Shown: positions 16,142-25,316, numbered from the stretch's first letter. The stretch is 64,000 bases of DNA from a virus (IMGVR_UViG_2862281513_000001:54919-118918), one strand, 5' to 3'. The notes: a model not told the origin generated them from the sequence alone. Numbers and translations: made by a program.

Positions 16142-18904
16142 GGCGACTGCGAACAGGTCGAGCTGCTCGGGCGTCTGGCCGTCGGCCTCCAGCGGGGACA
16201 GCTCGGGCATCGGCTTCTGCTTGAGGTCCGGCAGGACCGGCTTCGGCTGGGGATTGACCGCGTCCTCGCGCAGCTCGGCGACCACCGCGGCGTCCAGGCC
16301 GTGCGTCTCGATCTCCTCCTCGGTCGGCACCCAGCCGGCCGGCCGCCGCTGGAGCCGGAACACGATGCCCTGCACCTTCGCCCAGGCCGCCCAGAGCCGG
16401 TCTTCCCGGTCCTCCCATTCCATCAGCCGCTTGTGGGCCTCCCGGAACTCCGCGCTGGCCGCCTTCCGTGCGGCCTCGTCCTGCGCGGCCTGCTCGGCGA
16501 GCCTGCGGGCCTGGACGCCGTGGAGGAGGGGGCGCAGCCGCTCGCATTCCTGCTCGCGGTTCTTCTCCACCGGGGTCGGCTTCCAGCGCTTCCACACCGC
16601 CACCGCCCGGCGTCCGTCGACGGTGACCAGGACGGGCCGCTCACGGTTGGCGTCGGCCGCGCCGACGGTGACGAATCCGGCCTTCTGCAGGGCGCTCAGC
16701 CGGTGGACCGACATCAGGCGCCCGGCGGTGCCGGGGGTGTCCCGGCAGTACAGCGAGCCGAACTGGTGGAGGTAGAGGCGTCCGGCCGCCGCGGCGATGA
16801 CGAACTCGGCCTGCCCGGTCGACCATCCGAGTGCGGCGGCCTGCTCGCGCTGGAGGCGCAGCTCCTTCGGGTCCTCGGCGGGCGGGGCGGTCTCGTCGAC
16901 CGGCTGCTCGGGCTCGGCCGTCGCGGGCTCGTCGGCGGGTTCCTCGTGGGCCGGCTCAGGCTCGTCGACCGGCTGCTCGGGCTCCGCCTCCGGCGTCTCC
17001 TCTGCGGGCGGCTCGGCGGCCGCCGGGGGCTCCTCGGCCGGGGGCTCGATCAGCGTGGCCTGGTCGGGCCCGGCCGCCTCGGGCTCTGCCGCGGGGGGTT
17101 CGGTGGGCTCGATGCCGTGGACGATGCCGCGGCCCGGGGAGCCGCTCCACCGGCCCTCGCGGTACTGGAAGCCGTCGGCCGCCAGGCGCCGGGTGACTGC
17201 CTCCAGCAGCGACCGGGACCACACCGACTCGGTGAACTTCGTGCCCTCGGGCGCCGTGATGGTGACCGGCTCGTGCAGCTTGTGCGGCTGGCCCTTGCCG
17301 TCGAGGTACGTCAGCGTCGCCTCGGTGGCGTCCCACCCGCAGTCGACCTTGACCTTCTTCGGGACCTTCGGATCGCTGCGCTTCTTCGTCTTCGGCTTTG
17401 CGGCGAGCGCGGCGCGGACCTCGCTCGCCGGCTGCGCCAGGTGGGCCTTCCATGCCGACTTCGTGCCGGGCACCGTGCCGTCGGCGAGGAAGGCGAGCAT
17501 CGCCGCCTCGGGGCAGCGGGCCCGGATCTTCGTGTAGTCCATGCCGAAGGTCCAGGTGCTGCCGCCCTCGGTGGCGTCCTCCAGCGTCATGACCCGCTTG
17601 GTGAGCCGCAGGTTCCAGGCGATCGACAGCGTCTTGGGGTTGGCCCGCTTGATCTGGTACCAGGTGCCGCTGTAGAGCGCGAAGTCGCCGGGGGCGAAGT
17701 CGTCGGGCTCCCACAGCTTCACGCCATCCTGGCGGGCCTCCTCGACCACTTCCTCCCACCCCGCGATTTCCTCGCGGAGGTCCTCGATCCGGCGCTCGGC
17801 CCGGTCTGCGGTCCGGCCCGCGGCCAGCTGCTCGTCGCGGTAGCGCTCCAGCTTGCGCAGCTCCGTGTTCAGCTTCTCCAGCCGCCGACGGGTGCGGTTG
17901 GGGTCGTAGCGGCGGGCCTTGTACTGCGCGGCGGTCTCCGCGCGGTCGCTGTGGTGCTGGGCCCTTTCCTGCTCCGCGATCGAGGCCCGCATGTTGTTGT
18001 CGCTGCGCTCGATGGCGCGGCGGTGGCGGCGCTCGCTGTGGTGGCCGACGAGGATCGGCTGGCCGGGCTCGATGCCGTCCAGCGCTCCGAGGGCCGCCTT
18101 GTGGCGGGCGTTGGAGCGGGCGGCCGCGCTGCTGGCGTAGTCGCTGTGCCGCTCGGCCCGGTTCTCGGCCCGTTCCAGCCGCTCGGCCTCGGCCTCTTTG
18201 AAGCTGCGCCGCTTGCTCTCGTCGATCTCGACGGTCACCTCCCACCCGGCCTCGCGCAGAGCCGCGACCGCACGCCGGATGCGCCAGTGGTCGGCCTCTC
18301 GGTCGCGGGAGTTGCGGATGTAGAGCGCGCCGAGGTTGCGGGAGGAGCGGAAGCCGATCGGGCGGACGATCTCGTACACGCCGTCGTGCTTCCTGGAGCC
18401 CTCCAGGAGCGTGCCGTCCGCGCGGGTGTGGGTGATGGTGAGCGAGCCCTTGGAGGGCCGGGGCTCCTCGGCCGGGGGCTCCTCGGCCTCTTCCGGCTGA
18501 GCCGGTTCCTCGAGGGCCGCCGTCTCGCTGGCCGGCTCCGGCTCGGGCTCCGGCTCGGGCGCGGGCTCGGCGGCGGGCGGGGCAGGCGGTTCCTCGCGGA
18601 TCTTCTCGACGGCCCCGTTGCTGATCGTGCAGTGCGGGCGGCCCTTGTCGCTGTAGCGGACGCACACGGTGAAGGACCAGCCGCCGTCTTCCTCGGTCCA
18701 GCGCTCGATGTCGTCGGCGTGGGCTGCGGCCGTCTCGTCCGCGTGCGCGGTGAGGAGGAGCGCGTACGTGCGGACGCGCTCACCGGCCTTGTTGTAGTCG
18801 CCGTCCACGCGGAAGTCCTTGCCCTGGCCCTGGGTGAGGCCGAGGCGCCGCAGGGCGCGGGCGAGGGCGATGCTGGGGCTCTTGGCGGGTGGGGTGGTGG
18901 CCAT
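16139..18904 (-). CDS. Large DUF3560 domain protein
   Basis: GQPILVGHHSERRHRR; Pro/Glu-rich linkers; ends QLDLFAVA. Confidence 0.85.
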   Translation of the reverse strand: MATTPPAKSPSIALARALRRLGLTQGQGKDFRVDGDYNKAGERVRTYALLLTAHADETAAAHADDIERWTEEDGGWSFTVCVRYSDKGRPHCTISNGAVEKIREEPPAPPAAEPAPEPEPEPEPASETAALEEPAQPEEAEEPPAEEPRPSKGSLTITHTRADGTLLEGSRKHDGVYEIVRPIGFRSSRNLGALYIRNSRDREADHWRIRRAVAALREAGWEVTVEIDESKRRSFKEAEAERLERAENRAERHSDYASSAAARSNARHKAALGALDGIEPGQPILVGHHSERRHRRAIERSDNNMRASIAEQERAQHHSDRAETAAQYKARRYDPNRTRRRLEKLNTELRKLERYRDEQLAAGRTADRAERRIEDLREEIAGWEEVVEEARQDGVKLWEPDDFAPGDFALYSGTWYQIKRANPKTLSIAWNLRLTKRVMTLEDATEGGSTWTFGMDYTKIRARCPEAAMLAFLADGTVPGTKSAWKAHLAQPASEVRAALAAKPKTKKRSDPKVPKKVKVDCGWDATEATLTYLDGKGQPHKLHEPVTITAPEGTKFTESVWSRSLLEAVTRRLAADGFQYREGRWSGSPGRGIVHGIEPTEPPAAEPEAAGPDQATLIEPPAEEPPAAAEPPAEETPEAEPEQPVDEPEPAHEEPADEPATAEPEQPVDETAPPAEDPKELRLQREQAAALGWSTGQAEFVIAAAAGRLYLHQFGSLYCRDTPGTAGRLMSVHRLSALQKAGFVTVGAADANRERPVLVTVDGRRAVAVWKRWKPTPVEKNREQECERLRPLLHGVQARRLAEQAAQDEAARKAASAEFREAHKRLMEWEDREDRLWAAWAKVQGIVFRLQRRPAGWVPTEEEIETHGLDAAVVAELREDAVNPQPKPVLPDLKQKPMPELSPLEADGQTPEQLDLFAVA

Positions 18905-18960
18905 GCTTCCTCCTGGGGAGATGCGGGCGGCCCGGCCCCCGAGGGGGCCGGGCCGGGTGG

Positions 18961-19227
18961 TCAGTGGACGCGGGTGGCGGCCATCGCGGCCTCGACGATC
19001 GGGAGGGTCTCGGTGAGGGTGGCCGCGATGTAGAGGCACTCGTGGTTGCCCCAGGCCGCGCGGCCGGCGATGTAGGCCGCGCCGCTGCCCTGCGGGAGCT
19101 GGACGGTGTAGGTGTAGCCCGCGTGCTCGATCTCGGTCCGCAGGCCCAGGGTGGTGCGCTGCCAGCGGGTGGCCTCCGCCGCCGAGGCGAAGAGGGCGGT
19201 GAGGGTGGTGGCGGGGATGGTGGCCAT
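18961..19227 (-). CDS. Hypothetical protein
   Basis: ORF after R13. Confidence 0.7.
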   Translation of the reverse strand: MATIPATTLTALFASAAEATRWQRTTLGLRTEIEHAGYTYTVQLPQGSGAAYIAGRAAWGNHECLYIAATLTETLPIVEAAMAATRVH

Positions 19228-19248
19228 GTCGGGCTCCCTGGGGTTGGT

Positions 19249-19342
19249 GGTTGGTGACACCTTCATCATTGCTCCCACCCTCCGGGATAACCTCGTTATC
19301 CCGGATTGTTTGGTCAAGAGATCGGCAAGTATGCCCAGGTCA
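19249..19342 (-). repeat. Array repeat R13
   Basis: Perfect tccgggataac-ctc-gttatcccgga core; outer box identical to R1. Confidence 0.95.
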
Positions 19343-19783
19343 GACGTAGTGCCGGGGGTCGCGGCCGTCACGGATGGCCGCCAGCCGTTGGAGCTGGCGG
19401 CCAATCCCCATGCCTACACCGATCAGCGGGGTCAGCGCGTGCGGCCAGACCTCCCGGCAGTGGCCGACGTAGAACCGCCCGGCGAGCACGATGACGTCCT
19501 CCGCCTGGTCGACGCCCAGCTCTCCGGCCTGCTCGCGCAGCCTGTCGACGGTCACGCCGTCCGGGTCGCCGGGGCGCGTGTCGTACGGCTGGAGGACTTG
19601 CGTGGTGCGGACGAAGCCGTGCAGGTCGCTGAGGATGAGGAGCGTGCCGCCGTCGACGATGAGCCGATCGGCCGCCGCCCGGCACGCGCGGTGATAGCTG
19701 CCGACGTACAGCTCGCCGGCCGGTGCCGGGTGGTCCAGCTTGCGGGCCGCGCAGGGGATGACGACGAGGCGGGTTGCGGTCAT
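19340..19783 (-). CDS. DUF6884-like protein
   Basis: LVVIPCAARKLDHPAPAGELY..ILSDLHG..PYD. Confidence 0.7.
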   Translation of the reverse strand: MTATRLVVIPCAARKLDHPAPAGELYVGSYHRACRAAADRLIVDGGTLLILSDLHGFVRTTQVLQPYDTRPGDPDGVTVDRLREQAGELGVDQAEDVIVLAGRFYVGHCREVWPHALTPLIGVGMGIGRQLQRLAAIRDGRDPRHYV

Positions 19784-19799
19784 GCCGGGGTCGTTCCTT

Positions 19800-20327
19800 T
19801 CAGTCGCGGCCGTCGAGGGCGGCCAGCTTGCGGACCAGGCCCCAGCCGTCGCGCCAGAACGAGCGCCGGGTGTTGTCGTACGCCTCGCGCCACTCGGGCG
19901 GCACCTGGCCGTCGTCCCTGACGTACGTGCCGGTGAGCAGGTCGTACCGGCCCAGCAGCTCGGTCGCCTCGTCGGCGACGTCGTCGAGGCCGCGCCGCCG
20001 TGCGTGCTCGGGGCGCAGGTCGATGTGACCGAGCTTGTGGTCGCCCTGGGGCATGCCCTCGTACGACTCGTCGGCGACCACCATGCAGTCGGGCGTCTCC
20101 TCGGCCGCCATGTGCCAGGCGAGCGCTGCCGCCCAGGCTTTCTCCGTCGAGCAGGCGTCGAGGACGTAGCGGGTGGGGCCGCCGCTGGGGCCGGTGCGGC
20201 CGTGCCGCTCGGGGCCGATGACGGCCACGGTGAACGGCCGCTCGTTCTGCCGGTAGTCGTCGGGCAGGTTGCCGTAGAGGGGCTCGCCGCCGTAGCGCTC
20301 AGGCGTCTCCAGGTACTTGCCGGGCAT
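19800..20327 (-). CDS. Hypothetical protein
   Basis: ORF with GGAAGG RBS. Confidence 0.65.
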   Translation of the reverse strand: MPGKYLETPERYGGEPLYGNLPDDYRQNERPFTVAVIGPERHGRTGPSGGPTRYVLDACSTEKAWAAALAWHMAAEETPDCMVVADESYEGMPQGDHKLGHIDLRPEHARRRGLDDVADEATELLGRYDLLTGTYVRDDGQVPPEWREAYDNTRRSFWRDGWGLVRKLAALDGRD

Positions 20328-20360
20328 GCTGTGCCTTCCGTCGTGGGGTGGAGGAGGGGT

Positions 20361-20414
20361 GTCCGGACGGCGTCCGGATGCCGTCCGGATGCCGCGTCCG
20401 GACGGTGTCCGGAC
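20361..20414. repeat. GTCCGGAY cluster (5 copies, 11-13 bp period)
   Basis: Copies at 20361, 20372, 20383, 20396, 20407. Confidence 0.85.
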
Positions 20415-20424
20415 GCGGTGGGTG

Positions 20425-20955
20425 CTACCAGACGAGGACCGCCCCACCTGCGCGGACGACGTCCGGACGCTCGATCGGGACGTCGTCCGGATTGGTGGCC
20501 GCGTGGACGACGATCGGGTTGCGGTGCCAGCTGTCGTCCACCCACAGGTGCACCCAGGGCCGCCCGGAGTACGACCGCCCGTTCAGCTGCGGGCGAGGCC
20601 TGCCGAGGTAGACCCTGCGGGCGCTCCACGCTCCGTGGACCCAGATCCGGCCGGCCGCGTTGGCGTGGCGGATGCCGACCAGCTCGGCGAGGTCGAGCCC
20701 TTCGAGGGAGAGGTCTCGCAGCTCGGCCGCGAGCGTGCGGAGCGTCCAGGTCGACGTCCAGCCGAGCCGCTCGGCGCTGGCCTCGCGCAGGGTGCGCAGC
20801 TCCAGCGGGCTGAGCGGCTCGTCCTGGTGGCGCCGGTGGATCGCCTCGTCCAGCGCGCGCAGGAGGTGCCACGGGGCGGCCTGGTCGTCGCTGGCGGGGA
20901 GGTAGGTGGCGGCGGTGGCGTAGACGCCCCGGATGGTGGCCTCGGTGACCTTCAT
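20425..20955 (-). CDS. Hypothetical protein
   Basis: ORF with GAAAGG RBS. Confidence 0.65.
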   Translation of the reverse strand: MKVTEATIRGVYATAATYLPASDDQAAPWHLLRALDEAIHRRHQDEPLSPLELRTLREASAERLGWTSTWTLRTLAAELRDLSLEGLDLAELVGIRHANAAGRIWVHGAWSARRVYLGRPRPQLNGRSYSGRPWVHLWVDDSWHRNPIVVHAATNPDDVPIERPDVVRAGGAVLVW

Positions 20956-21040
20956 GGCTGCCTTTCTGGATGAGGTGGGGCGTCCGGACGGTGGCCGCTG
21001 AGCTGGGCGGATACCGTCCGGACGCCGTCCGGACGGTGGG

Positions 21041-21676
21041 TCAGGAGAAGTTGGTCTGGTCGGCGTGCTCGCCGCCGCGCTTCCAGATGAGGGCGCGGAC
21101 GTGGTTCGCGGGGACCTCGTAGAAGAGGCGGCCGGTGAGCGGGTCGCCGTTGAGGCGGGTCAGCTGGAGGCTCGTCTCCTCCAGCTCCCAGGCGTCGCTC
21201 GCGGGCGGCTCGATGCCCTCGGGCAGGTAGACGTCCACCTCGCCGTCGCCGGCTTCGGCCTTGATGGCGATGACCTCGCCGTCGGCCAGGCGGATGCGGA
21301 GCATCGGGCGGGGGCCGGTGCCGGTGCCTTCGAGTACGGCCTGGTCGAAGCGGTCGGTGGTGGGGTCGCTCTGGTCGGCGTGCTCGCCGCCGTGCTCCTC
21401 GATGAGCTTGCGGACGTCGGCCACCTGGACCTCGTAGAAGTAGCGGCCGTTGACCGGGTCGTCACCGGCGGTCAGCCATGCCTCCCACGCGTCTTCCAGC
21501 TCCCAGCTGTCGCCGTCGGGGGTCTGGATCTCGTCGGGCAGGTAGACGTCCACGGTGGCCGCGCAGGAGGCCGCCTTGATGCTGATGAGCTGGCCGTCGG
21601 CCAGGCGCAGGTTGTAGTGGACGCCGCCGGTGCCGTCGGCGAGGAACTGCTCGAAGTGGGAGGTGGTGGTGGCCAT
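21041..21676 (-). CDS. Hypothetical protein made of two tandem ~85-aa domains
   Basis: RLADG..IKA..VDVYLP..WELE..FYEV..GGEHADQ occurs twice. Confidence 0.75.
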   Translation of the reverse strand: MATTTSHFEQFLADGTGGVHYNLRLADGQLISIKAASCAATVDVYLPDEIQTPDGDSWELEDAWEAWLTAGDDPVNGRYFYEVQVADVRKLIEEHGGEHADQSDPTTDRFDQAVLEGTGTGPRPMLRIRLADGEVIAIKAEAGDGEVDVYLPEGIEPPASDAWELEETSLQLTRLNGDPLTGRLFYEVPANHVRALIWKRGGEHADQTNFS

Positions 21677-21701
21677 GGCTGGCTCCGTTCGGTGAGTGGT
21701 G

Positions 21702-21795
21702 GGTGGTGACACCTTCATCATTGACCCCACCACCCGGGATAACCGCGTTATCCCGGGAAGTTTGGTCAAGGATTCGGCAAGGAAACCGCTGGTCA
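21702..21795 (-). repeat. Array repeat R14
   Basis: cccgggataac-cgc-gttatcccggg core; supplies the upstream stop. Confidence 0.95.
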
Positions 21796-22407
21796 GACGG
21801 TGGCGACCGCGGCGGTGAAAGCGGCGTCGAGGGACTGGACGAAGTCGGCGCCGACGGCCGCGAGGTGGGCGGCCTGGCGGGCTTCGGCCGCCTCGGCGTC
21901 CCTGGCGTGGACGGCCAGCCCGCACGAGCACCAGGTGGTGGTGCGGTCGCTGGAGTCCATCCGCTCGTGGGCGGCGGCCACCAGACTGAGGCGGGCGGCC
22001 AGGGTGAGGCGCAGGTGCTCGTTGTCGGTGTTGAGGAGGAACCCCTGGGCGAGGAGCCGCTCCGCCCGGCTCGGCGGGATCTGGCAGACGCCGGCCTCGA
22101 TGACGGGCAGGGTGTACCGCTCGGAGTCGACGAGGCGGACGACGGGGACGGAGGCGATGACCCGCAGGTCGGACAGCTCGTAGTCGGTGGGGTCGGCGGG
22201 GACTTGCGGGGTGAGGGTGATGGAGCGCAGGGCCGGGGTCAGCGTGCCGGGGTCGATCCGGCGCCAGCGGATGATGGCGCCGCCGGTGCGCTGGGGCTCG
22301 ATGGCGTAGCCGCGGTTGCAGGCCCGGCGCAGGAGGACCAGGGCGTGGGGCTCGCTGGCGGTGCCGGTGGTGGTGCTGCTGCCACTGTCGACGGTCTCGG
22401 TGAACAC
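21793..22407 (-). CDS. Hypothetical protein
   Basis: GTG start after AGGAGG; WCSCG..H motif. Confidence 0.65.
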   Translation of the reverse strand: MFTETVDSGSSTTTGTASEPHALVLLRRACNRGYAIEPQRTGGAIIRWRRIDPGTLTPALRSITLTPQVPADPTDYELSDLRVIASVPVVRLVDSERYTLPVIEAGVCQIPPSRAERLLAQGFLLNTDNEHLRLTLAARLSLVAAAHERMDSSDRTTTWCSCGLAVHARDAEAAEARQAAHLAAVGADFVQSLDAAFTAAVATV

Positions 22408-22463
22408 GATGGCCTCCTGGGTGGGGGGTGGGGCCCGGCCGGGGCTGTGGCCGGGCCCTGGGT

Positions 22464-22561
22464 GGTGGTGTGTCGTGCATTCATCCTTGACCAAGCCTGG
22501 CCGGTTAACCTCGATGTACCGGCCGGTTTGGTCAAGGGATCGACAAGGAAACCGCTGGTCA
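22464..22561 (-). repeat. Array repeat R15
   Basis: Matches consensus; supplies the upstream stop. Confidence 0.95.
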
Positions 22562-23488
22562 GGCGCGGGGGTGGCGGTGGGCGTTGGCGTCCAGCCAGAC
22601 CGTCAGCCGCAGTGCGGCCTCGGCGCACTCGCCGGCCAGGTCCAGCCCTGACGGGGCCTCGAACAGGACGTCCACGTGCTCGCCGTTGGCGCTGTACAGG
22701 GCGGCCACCCATGGCTCCTCGTGGTCGGCCGGGTCGAGGTAGGCGCTCTCGCCGGAGTACAGGTAGACCTTCGAGCCGGTGTGGGCCTCGTCCTCGTCGG
22801 CGCTGCGGTCGACCGCGACCAGGACGTAGCTGATTCCGCCGTCGTCGAGGTAGAGGAAGGCCGGGACGCCGAACTCCGCCAGCGCTGCGACCAGCTTGTC
22901 CCCGTCGTGCGGCCCTGCGGCGGCCGCGGCCTTCTTGGCGTAGCCGCGCTGGGCGGCCAGGTGGAACGGCGGCTTGCCCTGGTTGTACGGGCGGGCGTTG
23001 TCGTCGGCCACGACCTTGGCGAGCTGGTCGCGCTTGTAGTGGATCGCCGCCAGGGAGCGCAGTGCCCAGGCCACGGTCTCGTCGTCGTCGGATTCGAGCT
23101 GGCGGCCGTGGAGGACGGTGTTGCGGCGCTTCTGGAGCTCGAAGTCGTCGCGGGCGAGCTTCTCGCTCACCGCGCCGAGGGCCCTCATCGGGCCGACCTC
23201 GCCGAGGGCGGGGGCGACCGCGTAGTCCAGGACGGCCGGGGAGAGGTGGAAGTCGTGCGCCGTCATCAGGTCGCGGGCTTCCTGCAGACTGTCGAGCGTC
23301 TCGGCGGGCAGCCGGCGGCCGTCCTCGATCGGGTAGGCCGGGGCGGTCAGGGCCGCGAAGCGGATGCTGGCGGCCAGGCGGCCGATGTACCAGCGGTCGG
23401 AGTGGTGGGCGCGGTCCTCGACGATCCCGGCGAGGATGCGCAGCCTGCGGGCGACGGCCTCGGTGGCGGTGGTGGCGATGGTACTCAT
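22559..23488 (-). CDS. Hypothetical protein
   Basis: 309-aa ORF with coding-like composition. Confidence 0.75.
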   Translation of the reverse strand: MSTIATTATEAVARRLRILAGIVEDRAHHSDRWYIGRLAASIRFAALTAPAYPIEDGRRLPAETLDSLQEARDLMTAHDFHLSPAVLDYAVAPALGEVGPMRALGAVSEKLARDDFELQKRRNTVLHGRQLESDDDETVAWALRSLAAIHYKRDQLAKVVADDNARPYNQGKPPFHLAAQRGYAKKAAAAAGPHDGDKLVAALAEFGVPAFLYLDDGGISYVLVAVDRSADEDEAHTGSKVYLYSGESAYLDPADHEEPWVAALYSANGEHVDVLFEAPSGLDLAGECAEAALRLTVWLDANAHRHPRA

Positions 23489-23509
23489 GGCGTTCCCTTC
23501 GGAGTGTGG

Positions 23510-23980
23510 TCAGGCCCAGCGGCGCAGGGCGTGCTGGCGGCGGCCGAGGTAGGGCACCGCGGCGTCGGGGTGCTGGCTGGCGATGTGGGCGGCGGCCGAC
23601 TCGCGGGCGCCGTCGCGGGTGGTGCCGGTGCGGCCGATGGTCGGGCAGTCGAAGTTGAAGCCGTCGGCGGCGACGGTCTCGCCGGTGATGACGTGGACCT
23701 CGCAGCGCCAGACCCACCGCCCGCGCCGGGCGCCGGGCTCCTGCCGGTAGGAGACGAGCGCGACGGGGGCGGGGGCGCCCACGGCCTCCAGCAGGCAGCC
23801 GGTGACGGCGCCGTTGGGCTCGTCGAAGGGGAGGACGACGGGGCGGGTCTCCCACCAGCGCAGGTTCAGGGTCGGCCACTGGTCGGCGGGTACGGGCTGG
23901 TCGTCGGGCAGGAACTCGCCGGGTGCGGCCAGGAGGGGCCAGTCGGGGCGGACGTGGTGGAGGTGGGGCAGGCGTTCCAT
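23510..23980 (-). CDS. Hypothetical protein
   Basis: ORF with GAAAGGA RBS. Confidence 0.65.
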   Translation of the reverse strand: MERLPHLHHVRPDWPLLAAPGEFLPDDQPVPADQWPTLNLRWWETRPVVLPFDEPNGAVTGCLLEAVGAPAPVALVSYRQEPGARRGRWVWRCEVHVITGETVAADGFNFDCPTIGRTGTTRDGARESAAAHIASQHPDAAVPYLGRRQHALRRWA

Positions 23981-23991
23981 CGGGGTTCCTT

Positions 23992-24342
23992 TCAGCTGGC
24001 GAGCGCGAGGATGTGGACGGCGATTCGGTGGGCGCACATGTGGATGCCGCGCAGTCCGGCCGGGCACGTGCAGGCCGCTCGTGCCGTCCGGTAGGCCTCC
24101 AGGCCGTCGCTGCTGACGGCGAGGTAGACGCGGTTCTTGCGGGTGTCGCGGAGGGGGATGACGCCGCCCTGTTCGAGCAGCTCCTCGGCCTTGTCGACCA
24201 GGTGCGGCTTGTACTGGGTCAGCTCCTCGGACCGGCGCGCCCGCCTCACCTTCCGGCGGCATTTCGGGCCGAGGCCGTCGGGTGAGGAGTTCCGCAGACG
24301 CCGGCCGCACTTGAGGCACTTGGTGACCGGCGTTGCGTCCAT
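23992..24342 (-). CDS. Zinc-finger protein (DUF6011-like N-terminus plus SWIM-like motif)
   Basis: CLKCGRRL..GLGPKC; CTCPAG..MCAH. Confidence 0.7.
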   Translation of the reverse strand: MDATPVTKCLKCGRRLRNSSPDGLGPKCRRKVRRARRSEELTQYKPHLVDKAEELLEQGGVIPLRDTRKNRVYLAVSSDGLEAYRTARAACTCPAGLRGIHMCAHRIAVHILALAS

Positions 24343-24361
24343 CGCTGCTCCCTCGGTGGTG

Positions 24362-24469
24362 GGTGGTGTGTCGTGCATTCATCATTGACCGAATGGCTCG
24401 GGATTATCCGCGTTATCCCGGATGATTTGGTCAGGGATTGGTCAAGAGAGGGCGCTCCGCTGCTGGTCA
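24362..24469 (-). repeat. Array repeat R16
   Basis: cgggattatccgcgttatcccg core; outer box lies within a terminator-like hairpin. Confidence 0.9.
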
Positions 24470-24486
24470 GCGGCGGGGCGCCCCGT

Positions 24487-25251
24487 TCAGGCGGTGAGCT
24501 CGGCGAGGAGGACGGTGGCGTTGTCCACGAACCGCTGCTCGTCCTCGGTCCGGCTCTTGCGGGAGGTCTCCACGGCCAGGTCGACGAAGCGGCGGGCGAT
24601 GGCGGGCAGCTGCTCGTCGTCCAGCTCCACGAACAGGTCGTGCCGGGCCTCCTCGTGCGGCTCGTACGCGCCGTCGGTGGCCAGGACGAGGCGGTCGCCG
24701 TCGGCGATGTCGTGGGTCGCCGTCTCGATCGCCGGGTGACCGTAGCCGGCCTGGGCGTCCTCGTCGGTGAGGACGGCGCCGAGGTAGGAGGTGATCATGT
24801 TGCGGTTGCCGCCCTCGGGGTGGGTGGCGGTCGGCGGGTAGACCCGGCGAAGGTTGTGGTCGTCGGTCAGCCGGTGGGCGATGCCGTGGTGCAGGAGGTA
24901 GGCGCGGGAGTCTCCGGCCCAGGCGACGACGAGGGGCTTGCCGGGAGCGGTGACGGCGACGACGGCGGCTGCGCTGGGGAGGTAGCGGCGCTCGTAGGGG
25001 TCCTGGCGGTCGGGGTCGGCCGCGATCTCCTCGTACAGGGAGCGCAGGGCGCTCTCGGCGTCGCCGCGGCGGGCGGCCCGGGTGGCGAGGCGGGCGGCCA
25101 TGGTGCGGGTCCAGTCGCGGATCGTCTCGGAGGTGCCGATGCCGTCGAGGACGGCGTACGCGCGGATGCCGTCGGCGCCGGTGCGGACGGCGGCCGCGTC
25201 GCACTGGATGCCCCTGCCGCCGATGTTCTGGGCGGTCGCGTAGCTGCGCAT
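24487..25251 (-). CDS. PP2C/PPM family Ser/Thr phosphatase
   Basis: VLDGIG, AWAGDSRAY, LTDDH, VLATDG, DNATV. Confidence 0.9.
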   Translation of the reverse strand: MRSYATAQNIGGRGIQCDAAAVRTGADGIRAYAVLDGIGTSETIRDWTRTMAARLATRAARRGDAESALRSLYEEIAADPDRQDPYERRYLPSAAAVVAVTAPGKPLVVAWAGDSRAYLLHHGIAHRLTDDHNLRRVYPPTATHPEGGNRNMITSYLGAVLTDEDAQAGYGHPAIETATHDIADGDRLVLATDGAYEPHEEARHDLFVELDDEQLPAIARRFVDLAVETSRKSRTEDEQRFVDNATVLLAELTA

Positions 25252-25316
25252 GGGTCGTGCTCCGTTCGGTGAGGGGTGGGGCGCCCCGCGGTCGCGGGGC
25301 GCCGTCGTCGGTGGGA

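Noticed and set aside
3247-19033. Very long alternative ORFs (3247-5994, 3849-6803, 16301-19033 and similar)
   Set aside because: Arg/Pro/Gly-rich shadow frames of high-GC genes that overlap motif-bearing CDSs.
1212-24385. N-terminal extensions or leader peptides MTKLPGITRL.., MMNARHTT.., MMKVSP.. in the ORF track
   Set aside because: They are translations of the repeat; the frame relative to the downstream gene is inconsistent and good RBSs lie at the downstream starts.
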